64,000 nucleotides of DNA, from positions 45,858,788 through 45,922,787 of the forward strand of contig CM120640.1 in NCBI GenBank assembly GCA_051362555.1, given 5' to 3'. Made by a program: the position numbers and the translations under genes. The notes below the pieces were generated by a model. It had not been told where the DNA came from. It worked only from the letters and a program-made list of their open reading frames with translations, and did no database searches. The DNA comes from Lingula anatina (Eukaryota > Animalia > Brachiopoda). Below, in pieces: positions 1 through 14,200 of this stretch (position 1 is the stretch's first letter; every line of letters begins with the position of its first letter).

Positions 1-2091
1 ATTCACATAAATGGGTCAGTAAAATATGGGTAATTGGCTCTACATTTTGCACCCGGTTATTTCATCTCAACTGCCCTAATTAGCTCGTGGTAATGGCGAG
101 AGTGCGTTCCGGGTTAAGAGTATTAATAACTTATTAATGTAAATCTGTTTTTTTTACAAAACGTCGAGTGGCTGAATATTTAACAACAGTCTTTTTCCTT
201 TTTATTATTGAAGCGTATGCTCTAAACGACCCGGAACATCGAACAGTAAACAGTGAAATATCATTGCCCTTCATTCGTGTTACAGACAATATTCTTTTCC
301 TTTTTTATTACAAAATAAGCAATCACTTGATGCGAAATGTAAGTTTTTGTATTGAGGGTCGTCTATTATAAGTGGCCAAAATAAATTCTATATTGCTTTT
401 CCATCCTAATCATGTATTATGAAACAAAAAATCAGGTACTATTTAGGTAGTTAATTGCAATGAAGGGGGCACCATGCACAACAAGAACTGGGACGGTGAT
501 CATTGCGTGAACGGTGGTACTTTTCACACGATCAATTTGATGACAAAGGCCGGTTATGAGACCCGCTGTCGTTCCACTAGACCTGGACTTTGTGTTCGAA
601 AAGAAGACGAAAATGCAAATAAACTGACAGACAGAAAATGATAAAAATTAACAACTGTAGATTAAAAAGAAATGCTACACCAAGCACACCTTGCGTGTCT
701 GCCGACGAGGATTATTTTTTTACCTAATTGGCTCTAGCAAATAATAGAACTTATTATCTTTCTTCTTCGCAGTCGGTGTCTTTGAGCGAGAAATAATTTC
801 AATTCAGCTTCCATTTGGTAAGAATCATAAACCGGCTGTCTATGTGGTAGGAGGCCAAAATGAGTCCGATTAGAAGAGGTTGGATGGAGGGTTCTGGATA
901 ATTAAGTTTATAATCAAAGCCGAAGCAGGTGTGTTGAAAAGTTTATGATTGAAAATTACGATCCGAGCCCAGGCGTTTCCTTCCGCAACGTTGATTCTTC
1001 AAAGGCGACAGAGCAAAAATTATTTCGTGTGCTCTGTGTTCTGTAGCATTGGTCTGTTTGTAACTCCGGACAAGACCCGTGATTATCAAAGCTATAGGAG
1101 ATCAAAGCTTAAAACCTTTAACAAGCGTTCTGCGCAAATTCGATGTAGAAAAGAACACCGCGTTGCCAAATCTCATTAATTCTGAGTCTTTTTTTCTATT
1201 TTCTTCTTTTTGTTAAAAAGGTGTCAACTTTGAAATATGTGAATCTTTGTTCTTTTCTTGTCCCTTACAACGGTACGCCTTATGCCCAGTATTGTTCTCC
1301 GGCACATTATATCGATGGTAACACTATCTAGTATACATCTGGACCTGACCGATGCATTCGGAAAGTTGACAGGGGGGACCGTTTTTCTATTCAACCCACT
1401 ATGGGTTAAATTTCACCCCTGATTGTAGTATTTATTTTTCAAAACGTGCGATACATCAAGGGCGTTTTGGGAAATGATGTACTAGCGTGTTACAATGCAT
1501 ATATGCGATTGTTAAGGATTTTATCAATAACATACCCGACTAGTTGGCTCGCCTCCTTCCACTGCATGCTATAGTTTGTACCAATTATTTCAAAATCTGC
1601 ACTGATTTGTCCGTAAAGCTGCCATGACTAATGTTATCACCACAGGCACTTCGTGTACAATTTTGTTTGTCTATTGTTTGTAAAAATCCTTCATATAATG
1701 CATTTTTTTCTTTTGTTTTGTAATTACATAACATTTACCTTCCTTTGTTCGTGTTTATCAGAACCAATTTTTCAATGTAAGAAATTCACATTAGTGATTG
1801 ATTTTTTTTTTCAATCATAAATCTTCACAAAGGGTTCGTCTCTGTCATCATCAGCAGACAGGAGGGCCGTGTATCATCTTTATCTTAGGATTAAAAGTAA
1901 TAAAATGGAATTCATCATTTAGCTACAATTTTAAAAGTTTATAAATCATCATTCATCGACGAAAGATGTTTGTTTTTATGTGTATCAAATATTTTCATCC
2001 GTTGAAAAAATGAACCAATGGTTCCTATAACCATAAATAGACGGAAGGTCTGAACTTTTATACGTTTTCAGCTATATCACTAAATGATAGC

Positions 2092-2173
2092 TTTTTTTTT
2101 CATTTATTTTTATTTATCTATTTTATTTATTTATTTATTGTTGTTTATTTTTATTTTTTATTTTATTTTATTA

Positions 2174-2212
<39 letters not shown>

Positions 2213-2215
2213 TTT
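2092..2215. repeat. T-rich low-complexity and (TTA)n tract
   Basis: TTTA/TTA repeats; explains the F/I/Y-rich ORF 2084-2272. Confidence 0.9.
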
Positions 2216-5200
2216 GCAAACTTCATCTTGTACGGTTCGTTTTTTGTAAAGATGACAGTCCCACCTATATAATGGTAACTTTACAAAACCACTTGTAAAT
2301 ATTATACATATCTTCAGGTGATTCGGTCACCTCAATCAAACCCAATTTAAATTAATAAAGGGCTTGCAAGCAATTTAACATTCGTTAAGCTATCCATTTA
2401 AACCATTGTTGAGATTACATTGTCCGTGAAAAGGTTAATTTTGAAGAAAATTGCGGTGAGCTTACCTGCCATGTAATCATGCTTTCCTTATTGTCGTCTG
2501 CAGCAGTTTCATCATGGCCGACAAAACACACAAGTAAGTTTATCTTTTTTTCAAGACAAGGCCAACTTCCCTTGATAAACACTCTGAAAGTAAATATAAA
2601 GAGGGCTTTCAATTTTCGCTTCAAGCCTAGACGGGGAAAATAGTATTTGAGTCCAGACGTAAATCGCATAAAAGGAAACGAATCAAGTAGAAAGAATGTC
2701 TTCAAATTATGGTGAAGCCGATCTCATAATGAAGATATGGTCAATGTACTGAAAAGTTCACAATCGTGTTGGAACAGAATAATTTTCTTGTGCATCAGGG
2801 CGGGGGTCGTACTTGGTGGATCATATAAAGTGCAAACTAAGGTAAATGGCAGACAGGGCAACCGCAAAGGTGTTGATAGATTGCCACATGAAAACTGGAA
2901 CGTCCATGAGAAACAGATTAATTCATACCCAGAAGAGAGAAAAAAAGTTTTCCAAATAATCTCACCTTTTAAAAAAATTATTATAGCTGATATAACGTTA
3001 GGTATCTAAACGCTCTTAAACTAATGCTCTCTCCTAATTGTCCCTTCAAAGAGAACAAATTGTCCGTAAACGTGTATCTTTCTTCTTATCACCTCTCTGT
3101 ATAGTAATGCGTCAAAAGCAGTCCGAATAGAATTGTGTATTAAGGCATGTTAAAGAAAAGATTGCGTTCACTTGGGTAGAGATGAATCCTAACCAGGTAC
3201 AATGAGGTGAAGTGTCGTAAAAGCCTTTGATAAAAATCTGAAAACTAATTGGGGAAATCTGCCCAGGAGCCAGGGCCCCTAGCCTGGGAAATTGTGGCGA
3301 GCTTCACCTTTATATCGCAGACGACCACGTTTTAGAAGGGGAAAAATTGGGTGCCCTCTCTCTTGTATTGGCCTGGAATATTATTTCTGTAATCGCGCAG
3401 AAAAATGTGTACTCACTCGATGAGTGCTTTCGTAAAAAAAACTCATTTTTTGTGAATAGAAAACTCTACTTATAACCAACGGGATTGTTAAATATCACTC
3501 ACGGTATGGGTTTAAAACAGTGTGCTTTCGAGTTTCAGATTGAACCCATTTTTAATGTGGTGTAGGTTTAAACTATGGTAAATGCGCCGCTTCATTACTT
3601 CAAAAAGCATAGGAGGAATGCCTTAAATTTTATCCATGAAAACTGCCATTTTCCACACATCAGGTGTATATATTGAAAATGCCATTTCATTACAAGATAT
3701 CATTTAGAATCTAGGCACGTAACGTTAGTTTTCTAAAACCAAGGATGACATCAAAATGAGTAATGTCGGAGGTGAGGAGGTTGTTATCGGCTTGTCACCT
3801 CGTTTCTACACACTTTCAAGTGAAATAGATGATGCTACGGTCCAAGTACCTCTCCCCTCATCCATCAGAACGTCTGCCACCAGGCGTTTGAACGAGGTGT
3901 TTGACAGATTGTTTTCAGTGAACAGTGAAGTGAATTGCACCGATTGCCTTGGACGTCTCTGCGCCTTCCAATTAACTTTTATGTTTTCGAAGAGAAATGT
4001 TTTTGGCATAACTCACCGTTCGTCCCCCTAAACCATCTGATCTGTAGATCAAAAGCTCAGAAATTAATTTTCTTTTTGATTAACCGTGACCTTTGTCATG
4101 ACATGAACTGTTTTAATACACATATTAGGATCTGCTACAAAACGCGCCATGGGCCGCCGTGTATTGAGATATACTTCAAACTGGTAGTAAATATTTCACC
4201 GGTAACGTTGCCCTAGGCTAGACTTTACTCGGTTTACTAAAGGTTGACAAATATCTGTGCTGCTATTCAGCTCTCCTTTTACCTTAACGTTGCACTGGTT
4301 TGTGTTCGAGAGGTGGCCTTTATCTTTCAAACAACAAAAAAACCTGGGTGGCCTACTAACTTAGGAGTAGCGGGCACGGGTCCTGGCTCCATCGAAAGTT
4401 CCATCTTTTTGGTCTTAAGTCTAAGTATATAATTATCAGAAATTCAGAAACTATTTCAAAAGCGTTAAACACCAGTGATTATACAGGTATACATAATCAT
4501 TTGAATGTAAGAAACAGACTGATTTTTTTTGTCTCACGCATGGAAAAACATATCAAAGCAAAAACTTTTAAAGACACACAAAAACTTATATGATTTGACT
4601 TAAAAAGAGCTTTGCAGATTTATTTTCAAGTAAAATATATTACCCTTATATATTTAAATTGTACCACGTTTGATTTTCCAGCGGAATCATTTGAATCCAG
4701 ACTTGGCATGAGAGTAATAGCTACAGGGTGAAGTTGACAATTATTTTAGTCATAAATCAAACCAGCATAAAACGGTTCAATGAATAACTCAAAACTGACT
4801 GGGTATACCTGCCAATTCTGACAAGCGCCCTCTGTTTACCTGGGAAGTCAAACGTAAAACTAGACAGCAAACCTATCGAAAAGACAGACCACACGAAACG
4901 GGTATCAATGAAAAGATGTGTTTTCTAAAATGTACATGTATGTATATAGTCATTAAATGCGCTGTCCATTTGCAGTGAAAATTAAAGTAACATATTACAG
5001 CTACATGTATGAATGAGAGAAGTGAAAAAATAATGAAAAAGAATTATAAAAGATAAACTGAAAATAAAATAAAACCATAAATATATTAAAAAATGGAAAA
5101 GTTTGAGGGCAAAATGATCAATACGGGACACAATTACTGTTTCGGGACACGATTACTGTTTCGTTAGAAATCTGTTTTATTTTCTTAGATTAAACTACCA

Positions 5201-8200
5201 CCGTTTAATTGTTTATGTTTCACATGCGTCGCCTACAGGATATCCTTCATTTCCCAGTTACACTTATACCGTGACAGGGAGGGCATTTTTCCAGCTTCTG
5301 GTTGTCATAAATCTCTGACATGAAAAAAATAATACTAAATTAATGCATTAAATTTTGTGGGAAATTTTCACATTTCTTTTGTTAACAAAAAATTATTTTA
5401 ACGCTTGTTACAAGACAGGCCATTTATTCAACAGGATACGACTTGAACTTCTATAAGTATATCTGCCAACAGAAGCTCTGTGTTCTAAGGCGCGCCCACG
5501 TGGTCCTCTTGCCAATATCCAGTCCACATTTTTATTCACATTTTGACGAATTTATTTACAAAATAAGCAATATATTTCGTGTTTCTTTTATGGGCATTTA
5601 TTTAGTTTTGGGCGCTTTTGACCTAGCACCGCCATCTAAGACAGAGGTCAAAACTTTCTGACACCGATAAATATTGTTTTTAATGATTGACATTTTGAAT
5701 ATAAAATGATTGATAGATGGATAAGAAATATAGTATCGTTTGTTTGATAACTGATTGGCTGATTGAGCTAAAATTAAAATTTTGTCAACTTATATTTTTT
5801 AACGTCCCAGCATAACATTATACCCTTAATGAAACTGAAGACGATTTCTTTCAGCGACACATTTAGATCTAATATTGTTCTTATTTTTTTCAAATTTGTC
5901 TTGGTAAGAATGCAGTGTGCAGTTAGCCAATATTTTAATCTATCAACTCAACTCAACATCTCGTAAGTCTACAAGACCTTTCTCGTAACCACATATATAT
6001 AAATATTGATGCGATTTTGCAAATATTTTCCCGTTTTTTCTCTTACAACATTTCGGTCTTGATTTTATCTGAACTGCTTTCTGTTCTTTTAATAGTAAAA
6101 TAATTTTAAAGAAATATATAGAATTCCCTGTGCCAAGCTCACGTTTAGCTGCCACTGCTGTTGTTAGCTATGGCTAAATCCCTCTTTAATCCTGTTCCCA
6201 CTATTCAATCGCCCACATCCGTGTCGATAAGACATGTCTCATAGATGTCCCCGCGCTTTGATAATTATTCGGCAACATTTTTTTTGTGTGTGTGTTTAAC
6301 TCGCATTCCACTAGTTTATATAATGAGATGTACGAATATAGGCTACAAATTTTTCATAGTTACTTGTATACGTAAATGCTTCGAAACCTTGCCTAGGATA
6401 GCTACCGTCCACGCTTTCGTATCACCCTTCACCCTGATACTTAAGTTTTATTTCGTTTCTAAAAGCATTTTCTGTTGATCAGCAGTAATTGCAATTTTTA
6501 CCGTAAGAACTTCCTTAATGAACTGTAGCATTTATTTATGAAAAATACATAGTACGCTTGATTGGATTATTACAACCTGGCACCCTTATCGTGTGCCAGA
6601 GACACCAATAACGTAGGCGTCTCTATTAGGTCAGCTTGCTAAATAAGGTACAATCGTTAACTTTGAAAGGTAATTGACCAGTAAGGTTTTTTTTCATCGT
6701 AGGTCTTTTATTGAAGTAGTTTTGTGAAAGAAGGGTGTGGGAGAGAGAGGGCAAATAAACGCGTCACGGAAGGTAGAAGTCACCTTTTAGGACCAAGAGA
6801 TACACTTGGAGAAACGTCAATGAGCAGAAATCTGCAAAACGACTCTTGGCCAACGGTCACTTGGGGTGACATTTAGTCATCACGAAAGTTCAAATAGCAA
6901 GAGTGGCTTAAAATAATAGGACAATAAAAGCATTGCAAGCACCTAACATTATGTTGCCATTAAAGTAGCACTGGTAGAGCTAGTCAAACGGTCGATTTTG
7001 TTATCAAAGAATTGCGGGTGCCATGTCAAACATTCATTGTAAATTAATGAAACAATATATCGTTGAATGATTTCTATTTTAATAAAATAAAGATTTCCGC
7101 ACAAAGCGAGAACGGTGGCAACTTGGCTGTTAGCTTATCAATTGAAAATGACTCATTGCCAATATTGGGCGCTAGCTACTACTGTTCAGGTGTGAAATCA
7201 AGTCAATATGTCAGCAACATTTGTCAAATAAAATGAATTGTACTTTGCGTTTCAGAGAGAGAGAGGGAGAGAGAGATGTTCAGAGGCTATGTTGTTTACT
7301 GTTCCTAAAATTCAACATTTTCGAAATTGCAACAAACATTTTCTCTTATTCAAGCTAGGCAAACAAAGGAAAACTACCCAAATAGATTAATCAAGAAATT
7401 GCTTTTTATCATACTGTTGAAAATGATAGCCTGTAAAACCTGTACAAAAAGTCAACAACTGCTTGCAAACTAGATCAAATTTACTATCCTTTGGTATCAA
7501 ATTTACAATTACATTAGATTGTGGATTTTTTACGCTGAGAGTCTGCTTTCAGTGAAATCAATGAGAAAACAAGGAAGAAACTCATATTATTTTAACAAAT
7601 ATCTAACATCTACCAGTTTATCACATTTTATGTACACTTAAATCGTTTACTTAATGGCAAATATAAACATCTTCATTCTTCGGATATCGTTAAAGTATGA
7701 TAATATTTTGCAGTCTTTGTAACAGTGACTAAACAAGGATTGAAATTTCACAAAAGCAAGATGTTTCAAATTTAGCATTAAAAAGATGCAAGAGTTCTTT
7801 TCTGCACAAAAACGTTATTATTAATCTGCAGATATGGTGAAAAAAGAAATGAAATCACCATCCTTTGAGCTGTAATTGCTCTAGAATTTGAAAGGCGCCT
7901 TAAGGCACGGGAGGAAATGTGGAAAATTAATGAACAAGAAAATTTTGCTTTGGCGGTCATCTAGAATCAGCCCCCATATCAATAATCTTGGCAATTTCCA
8001 CGCTTTCAATGAAACAGACTCATAAATACGCGATATAAAAAATCAACCGAGTGATTGTTGTCGATAAAATACCTGGTGAATAGATCAAGAGTGATGCGGA
8101 CGCCCGGATGTACCGATCTAGGACTTCATCAAATACCCAAGAAACAATTTTCTTTTTCTTAATTGTCATCCGATCGTCGGTACACGTGAAACTGGAGAAA

Positions 8201-11200
8201 AATAATCATTTCATCTAATCAAACCATAGAGCAGAAACCGAATGTGGGAACTGTGAAGTTGTCTAGATAGAAAAGAAAGACAAATACGATATAAAAAGGG
8301 TGAACAGTTGATATTATAAATGTTTCGGAAAATTAACTAAAAGGACAAAAAGAAGTCTGTGATGACACTGGCGACACCACACAATATGTTTCAAATTTAA
8401 CTGGATAATTGGTAAGATAATAAACTGCACGTGTGAAACTCCATGCCACATACTGCTCCCTGACGTATACGGCTCAAAATGCACAAGGCAATCAAACATA
8501 ACTTTACATTCGATACGGATCATTAATTGTAATTTGAATACTAAATTACGACATTGCGTGTTCTTTTTCATAAAGCAAACCCTGCACAAAAAGGATACGA
8601 TGACGTGTATGGATGGTTCTTAGTTATAAATGGGCGGTGGGACCAAGATAAAGCTTCAAGACCACCATCGAAGGTACAACATAAGATACGGATTGTTCCT
8701 GAAAAGCGGAACGTGAGAGAAATCAATATTCGGAGACTTTTTCACAATTTTATTCGCGCGCTGTTCACTTTAATTTCATAATAACTTCAAACAAAATTGA
8801 CAAGAGTCACATGACGAGCCTTGGTCGTGCTTTGCGTGTCCGAAAATCCACATTCGACAAAAATACGCGAAGGAAACTGCTATCACATGGTAACATGAGA
8901 AAAACAAATAGAACCCGGTTTTCAAAAGACATTTCTATTGAGTTTGTTAATTTGAGCAAGGACTGAGGTATTTACAAATTTGTGTCTCGGTAACCTTGGG
9001 TTAGCTATTCTACGGGGGTCACTGCAAGCACTTCCTACTTACCCGTATCCCTTCAGTGGGAAACTTTAGTAATTATTTAAATATATTGTTGAACAAGACC
9101 AGCTGTTTTTTGATAGACTTTGAAAAAAAGCATGGAGGCAGTATCATGGTCACATAAAAAAGGAGGCAAATAATTTTACGATATTCAGGTTATAATGCAG
9201 TTTGGAAAGACTAATAGCCTATTTCCCCCAACAAGTGTCCGTGGTACCACATGTTGGCGTAATCCAGGTTAGTGTGACGTTTGGGATTGAAATGAAATGT
9301 AGTCCCTGAACTGAAGTCATATATAGCTCTATATGGTTTTCACGTCTCGAAAATCTCGAAAATTGAGATTGACAGATACTTTCATGCTAAGATATCACCT
9401 CTCTCTCTCTCTCTGCTCCTCAATGAAAACCAATGGTAACTTATCTAAGACCCAGCTGATCGAGAATAACTAAAAAAAAAGGTGGAAAAAACTCACGCCG
9501 TGCCGCTGAAAGATGCGCCTTTTACTGCCATTTACGGCATGTGGGAATGGCATCGGTCTGACAAGGCCGCGTTAGTTTGTGAGTATCAATCACCAATGGC
9601 AGTTCATCAGGGTCTAATCAAGAAATGTTACCGTTTGTGAACCATGTGTCACCCGTGTCCGCTTGACACTCGAAACAAGACGTTCTGTCAGATATGATTT
9701 AAGGCAACTGGCGTTCCAAAAGTCCTTTTTGTCAGTCTTGTTATGGGCGTAAGTGCTTAACGCGTCCAACTTACATCAACACCGGTGACACATGTTTGAA
9801 AATATAAAATTGATGATAAAGTAAGTTTGAAAGTAAGTATGTATTACCTCATAACGCTCCCCTAGATATGGCTCCTAACAGAAAGAGCTTAGACAACGCC
9901 GAGCGAAACCGGGGGTTGCGCTGCATCTTTATGGCGCACGTTAAATAAAACTTTTCCTAACCAGTTTACAGCCACAGAAGGCCATCGGCAAAACAGTAAA
10001 CATTTTCGTCCAGTTCCATTTTGTTCCTGTCAGGGAATGAATGATGTCTGCGCTGACTTTACATAGCACGGGTCATTCGGAACAGACAGACGAACTTTAA
10101 GTGTAGATGCTTTACGAGAAATCTACTCCATCTAAGGTCAAAGCACCAGACGAACCCCGGAGAGAAATGTAAGCGATGTTTGTTTCAAAATGTTTATTTC
10201 TAAATAGACAGACAAAGCCCTAAAATTGTCCATAAATTATTGCCCAATATTTGAATCATCGATTTTTAGAGAGGGGACGAAGAAGTTTCTTTGTTGTAAC
10301 AACTTCACTGGAGTCGGGAGGTAAACAAAAATGGCGGATGCGGGCTACCTCGATTCTGAAGCACCCTTAAAAATTTATAGGGCGTTTATTCACTAGGTCC
10401 TAGACTGCAGGTTAAATATTTAAGCAGAGGTAGTAGCGCGTAAAGCAAAGGAACGATTAGAAGGTTTGAAAGAAAGAAGCGCCCGTGTACGTGAATCATT
10501 CGGCGAGCCATCGGCTCCACCCAAGGTGGGTGTCAACGGGTACAAATCTTTGTTTTCAATTTCTGCTGATTGTTATCATTTTTTAATTCTTCGACTGTTT
10601 TCAAACCCTTAACAGAGACAGTGTGTACTTAACGATATTTTCATGAATCAAATCGTAGATCTGAACTTGAATTATCAAACGGTATTAGGACTAATTTAAC
10701 ACAGATTAATACCTAATAGTAACGGCATCAATAATATCTATAGGTTTCAGCTTAATTATGTTTTAATTGACATTCTTTTCACCCCCCCACACCCCCCCCC
10801 CCCCACACTTAACCCCCATATTCATTGCTAGCTGGCGAATCTGCTTTTGATTTTATGAAGGGCTGCTTTATGTCCTCGCACTTTACGAACTTGCTACCTT
10901 GTGAACTACATGCAATATCATACTGCGTGTCATATCAATGCAGTTGCTGGGAACGATTTAGAACGTAGGGGTTTTTCTGGTACTCAAAACTCTTCAGTGC
11001 GGCGGTATTATTATGCGCATATCACAATTCCAAATACAATTCGCTTATTTCAAATTTCACTTACATATATTTATTTATATATATATATATATATATTGAT
11101 TATATAGCCTCAAGTTCCAAAACACAAACAGGCAATTTCCTTTTCACAGTCTTTGGGTAACATTTTCTTTTAACATGTTACTCTACGCAGTCTCCGGCAA

Positions 11201-14200
11201 CATTCTGTCTTCTACTTCTCTTTTGTTCCCCAACCCTCCCTCTCACATCTCTACGACACGTTCGATACTAATAGGCTGCATATGGAACAGTTCATTACAT
11301 ATTTAAATGCTACTGCAAATGATGATGCTGTTTATGTTGATTTTAATTACAATGAAGTCATCTGTAATTTTGCTGCTGTTGCCATCAGTGTTTCATTACA
11401 TGTTCTTTCCATTAAGTTATATTAACCTCGTCACTAAGTTCAGTGTACTTGGTGAATTTAAAAAAATAGAATTGCTCAAATTTCAGAGTGGTCAGTTATA
11501 ATGACCTTCGCTTAATAATTTTAGCAATCTTATTTTCCATTACAAAGATTTGCCTCAGTTCCTTCAATCTATCTGCGATTACTGACATTTAAAAATACAC
11601 CTGTAAAACGATTTTTAAAAAAAACGAGTTGTACAGAAATCATAAGTAATATATTCCCTTGCGGCACATTTTGCTGAATATGTTAACACATTTTCTAATG
11701 CACTTAATACTACCTTGTGGATGTTCCGCCAGCGAGGAAAATGCACCGAGTGACACGTCACATTAGAAATTTGAATTAAGCTTTGAACAGTGCTTTATTT
11801 TATCAAAATGTCATTGCCGAACGTTTACTAGCTGTTAACGATCCGACGTGGGACATCTTGAATACGATGCTTTAGATAAGTTTAAAAGCGTCTTTAAAAT
11901 ACACCACCGACATCGTGCTCTGAAATCAAATGACCTCCTTGGATTTTGTACGATTCGCGTCTAATTTAGATAAAAGCTTGCTATTATGAGCAGTTTTAAG
12001 ACTAGAGACATAGATAGTCAACTTAAGTTTCATGCAAGTAATTTCAAATAAAACATAGTGCAAGCGCTGTCGACCGTTGATAAATAAGAAAGAACCAGAC
12101 TAACCATGAAACAAATGTGTTACGAAACACGTGGAGGAAAATGCTACATTGGTATTGCGACCTTGCACGCTATGTTTCATTTAATTTTGTAGAAAACTAG
12201 TAACTGTCAACAGTTGACCACCTGTGTAAGGATTTTATTGTTTCAAGGGGCAGCAGTCGTGTATATGTGCAAACATATGTGACTTTTACCTTACTTTTAC
12301 ATTATTCATGAACGTACTCTTGATCTATATATAGATACTTGTCCAAGATAGATAGCACGTGTCATATAAGGGTTAATATGTACGAATCACCGACATAATG
12401 CCGCAGAATTATTTTCAGAGCAGACAAGGATGGTTTATTTAAGTTTAGCTTAATTAAGTTAGGTTTGATTAAAAATTGAAGTAGTAAAAGACATCAGAAA
12501 GAAAGACAGTGCATCGCAAACATAAATAAAGAACAGAAAACAGTTCAATGTAAATAGAGGATACACTTAATTGAAATCATTTTTAAGTGTAGAAATAGAA
12601 TGGCAAATGTTGCCCAAAAAATCTGCTTGGGTGATTAATATTCATCATTTACTATTGTCGACGTTAACGCCACCAAGTGAGAGGAGACTACGATAAGTGG
12701 TTTCTTATATTTTTCACATTGGTAAAATTAAAAATACAGCGATATCATAAAACTCAAACTAATACGGACAATTTGGACTGCATAGTGTGTCATTAAGGCG
12801 TTAGGCACAAGTGGTGAATTCAAATAGAATATTATTTTATATATTATTTGCATTATCTATAAGATGAAAAGAAGGAATCGATGATGACTAACAATTACCG
12901 AATGAAAAGCAATCGTTTGTAAGTCCTGGGGTGCTGTCATCTAATGGAGAGAGTAAAATGTTCAAGTAATGAATTTAAATGAAAATTACGATTAAAGAGT
13001 GATAACTAATGACATTTGGTGAATTCACTCTTTAGATAAAAATGTCATGCATTGTGTTATTAAGCAGTCGTGATTAAAAAGAAACCCCACCAAATTGGAA
13101 GGCAGGCTGGTCTTCTTCAAGTGTTAAAAATAGCAATATAATTTAAAAACATAGTAAAAGGTAGTAACAGTATGATAACCACTGTTTCGATGGTGGTGCC
13201 ACCCTATGGAGAGAATCGACAAAACTGTGTTCAAGTGGTAACAGCATTACTACTATTTTCTCCTTAGTGTGCTCATTGAGAACCGTTCCGTTCACTGAAA
13301 CCAGGTTCCGATGCCAGTGACGGCTGGCCGGGACTCTTGGGGAATGATAACCCGATATTTACCACTTTGATTAACACCGAGAAGAGGATCTTCTCGTGGG
13401 GTATTTTCTTTTGTGGTTAGGACAAGTCGATTATGAACAATGCGATCTCGCATCTGGACCCATCATAAACACGTACAGCGACCACAAGCCGAAGATAATT
13501 TCATTTGTATTGACGTATACTTCTCCGTAGTATGCGCAGCTCATCTTGAAGTATTGACAATTATGCGTGCTTCATTCTCTAAGTTAATCTTATGCCGCGA
13601 CCGTTTCCCTTTCGGGCAGGCAGCCCCAGTCGAACTCTTACAACTGAAGGGAAAGGTTACTTTTAAGGTCGCACGGGCGTCAACTCATTGACGCCTGTTT
13701 ACGCATCTTTGGTGTCCTAAACGAAATTACATAAATTTGGGAAAGCTGATTGATCAAGCTTTGATCCCCATGTCTGGTTAAATTACTCCGTAAGCCAGAC
13801 ATTGTCAACGTCTGGGTACATAGATTAGAGGTCCTAATTGAAAAACGCTGCTGGTTATCTTAGATGACCCGAACGGCAATAAAATCCACACTCAGATGTA
13901 ATTATAAGACCTGCCAGATGCACATACCAAGGCACTGCCCACTCATCTTGCAGATTAGATCCTAAAACGGTCTTAATCCTCTCAGTCAGCCAAGGGCATG
14001 TTCTTTTTTTCATATCGATTAAATGAGGACACGATTAAAAATTACTGTCGACTTTAAATAATCTATACTACTTTGTTATGCCTAGAAAGTGTAGTTTGTT
14101 CAGCCCGAAATAGTGGTAATAAGTTTTTATTTTTGCGATTTTGAAGAAATTTAAGCAGTTTGTGTCTTACGTTATGTTCAATTGATACGAAAGGTCAAGT

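Noticed and set aside
5124-5161. Two tandem 19-bp repeats CGGGACACRATTACTGTTT
   Set aside because: Real but isolated; possibly a transposon-end relic, with no partner terminus found. Same for the 22-bp doublet at 34596-34642.
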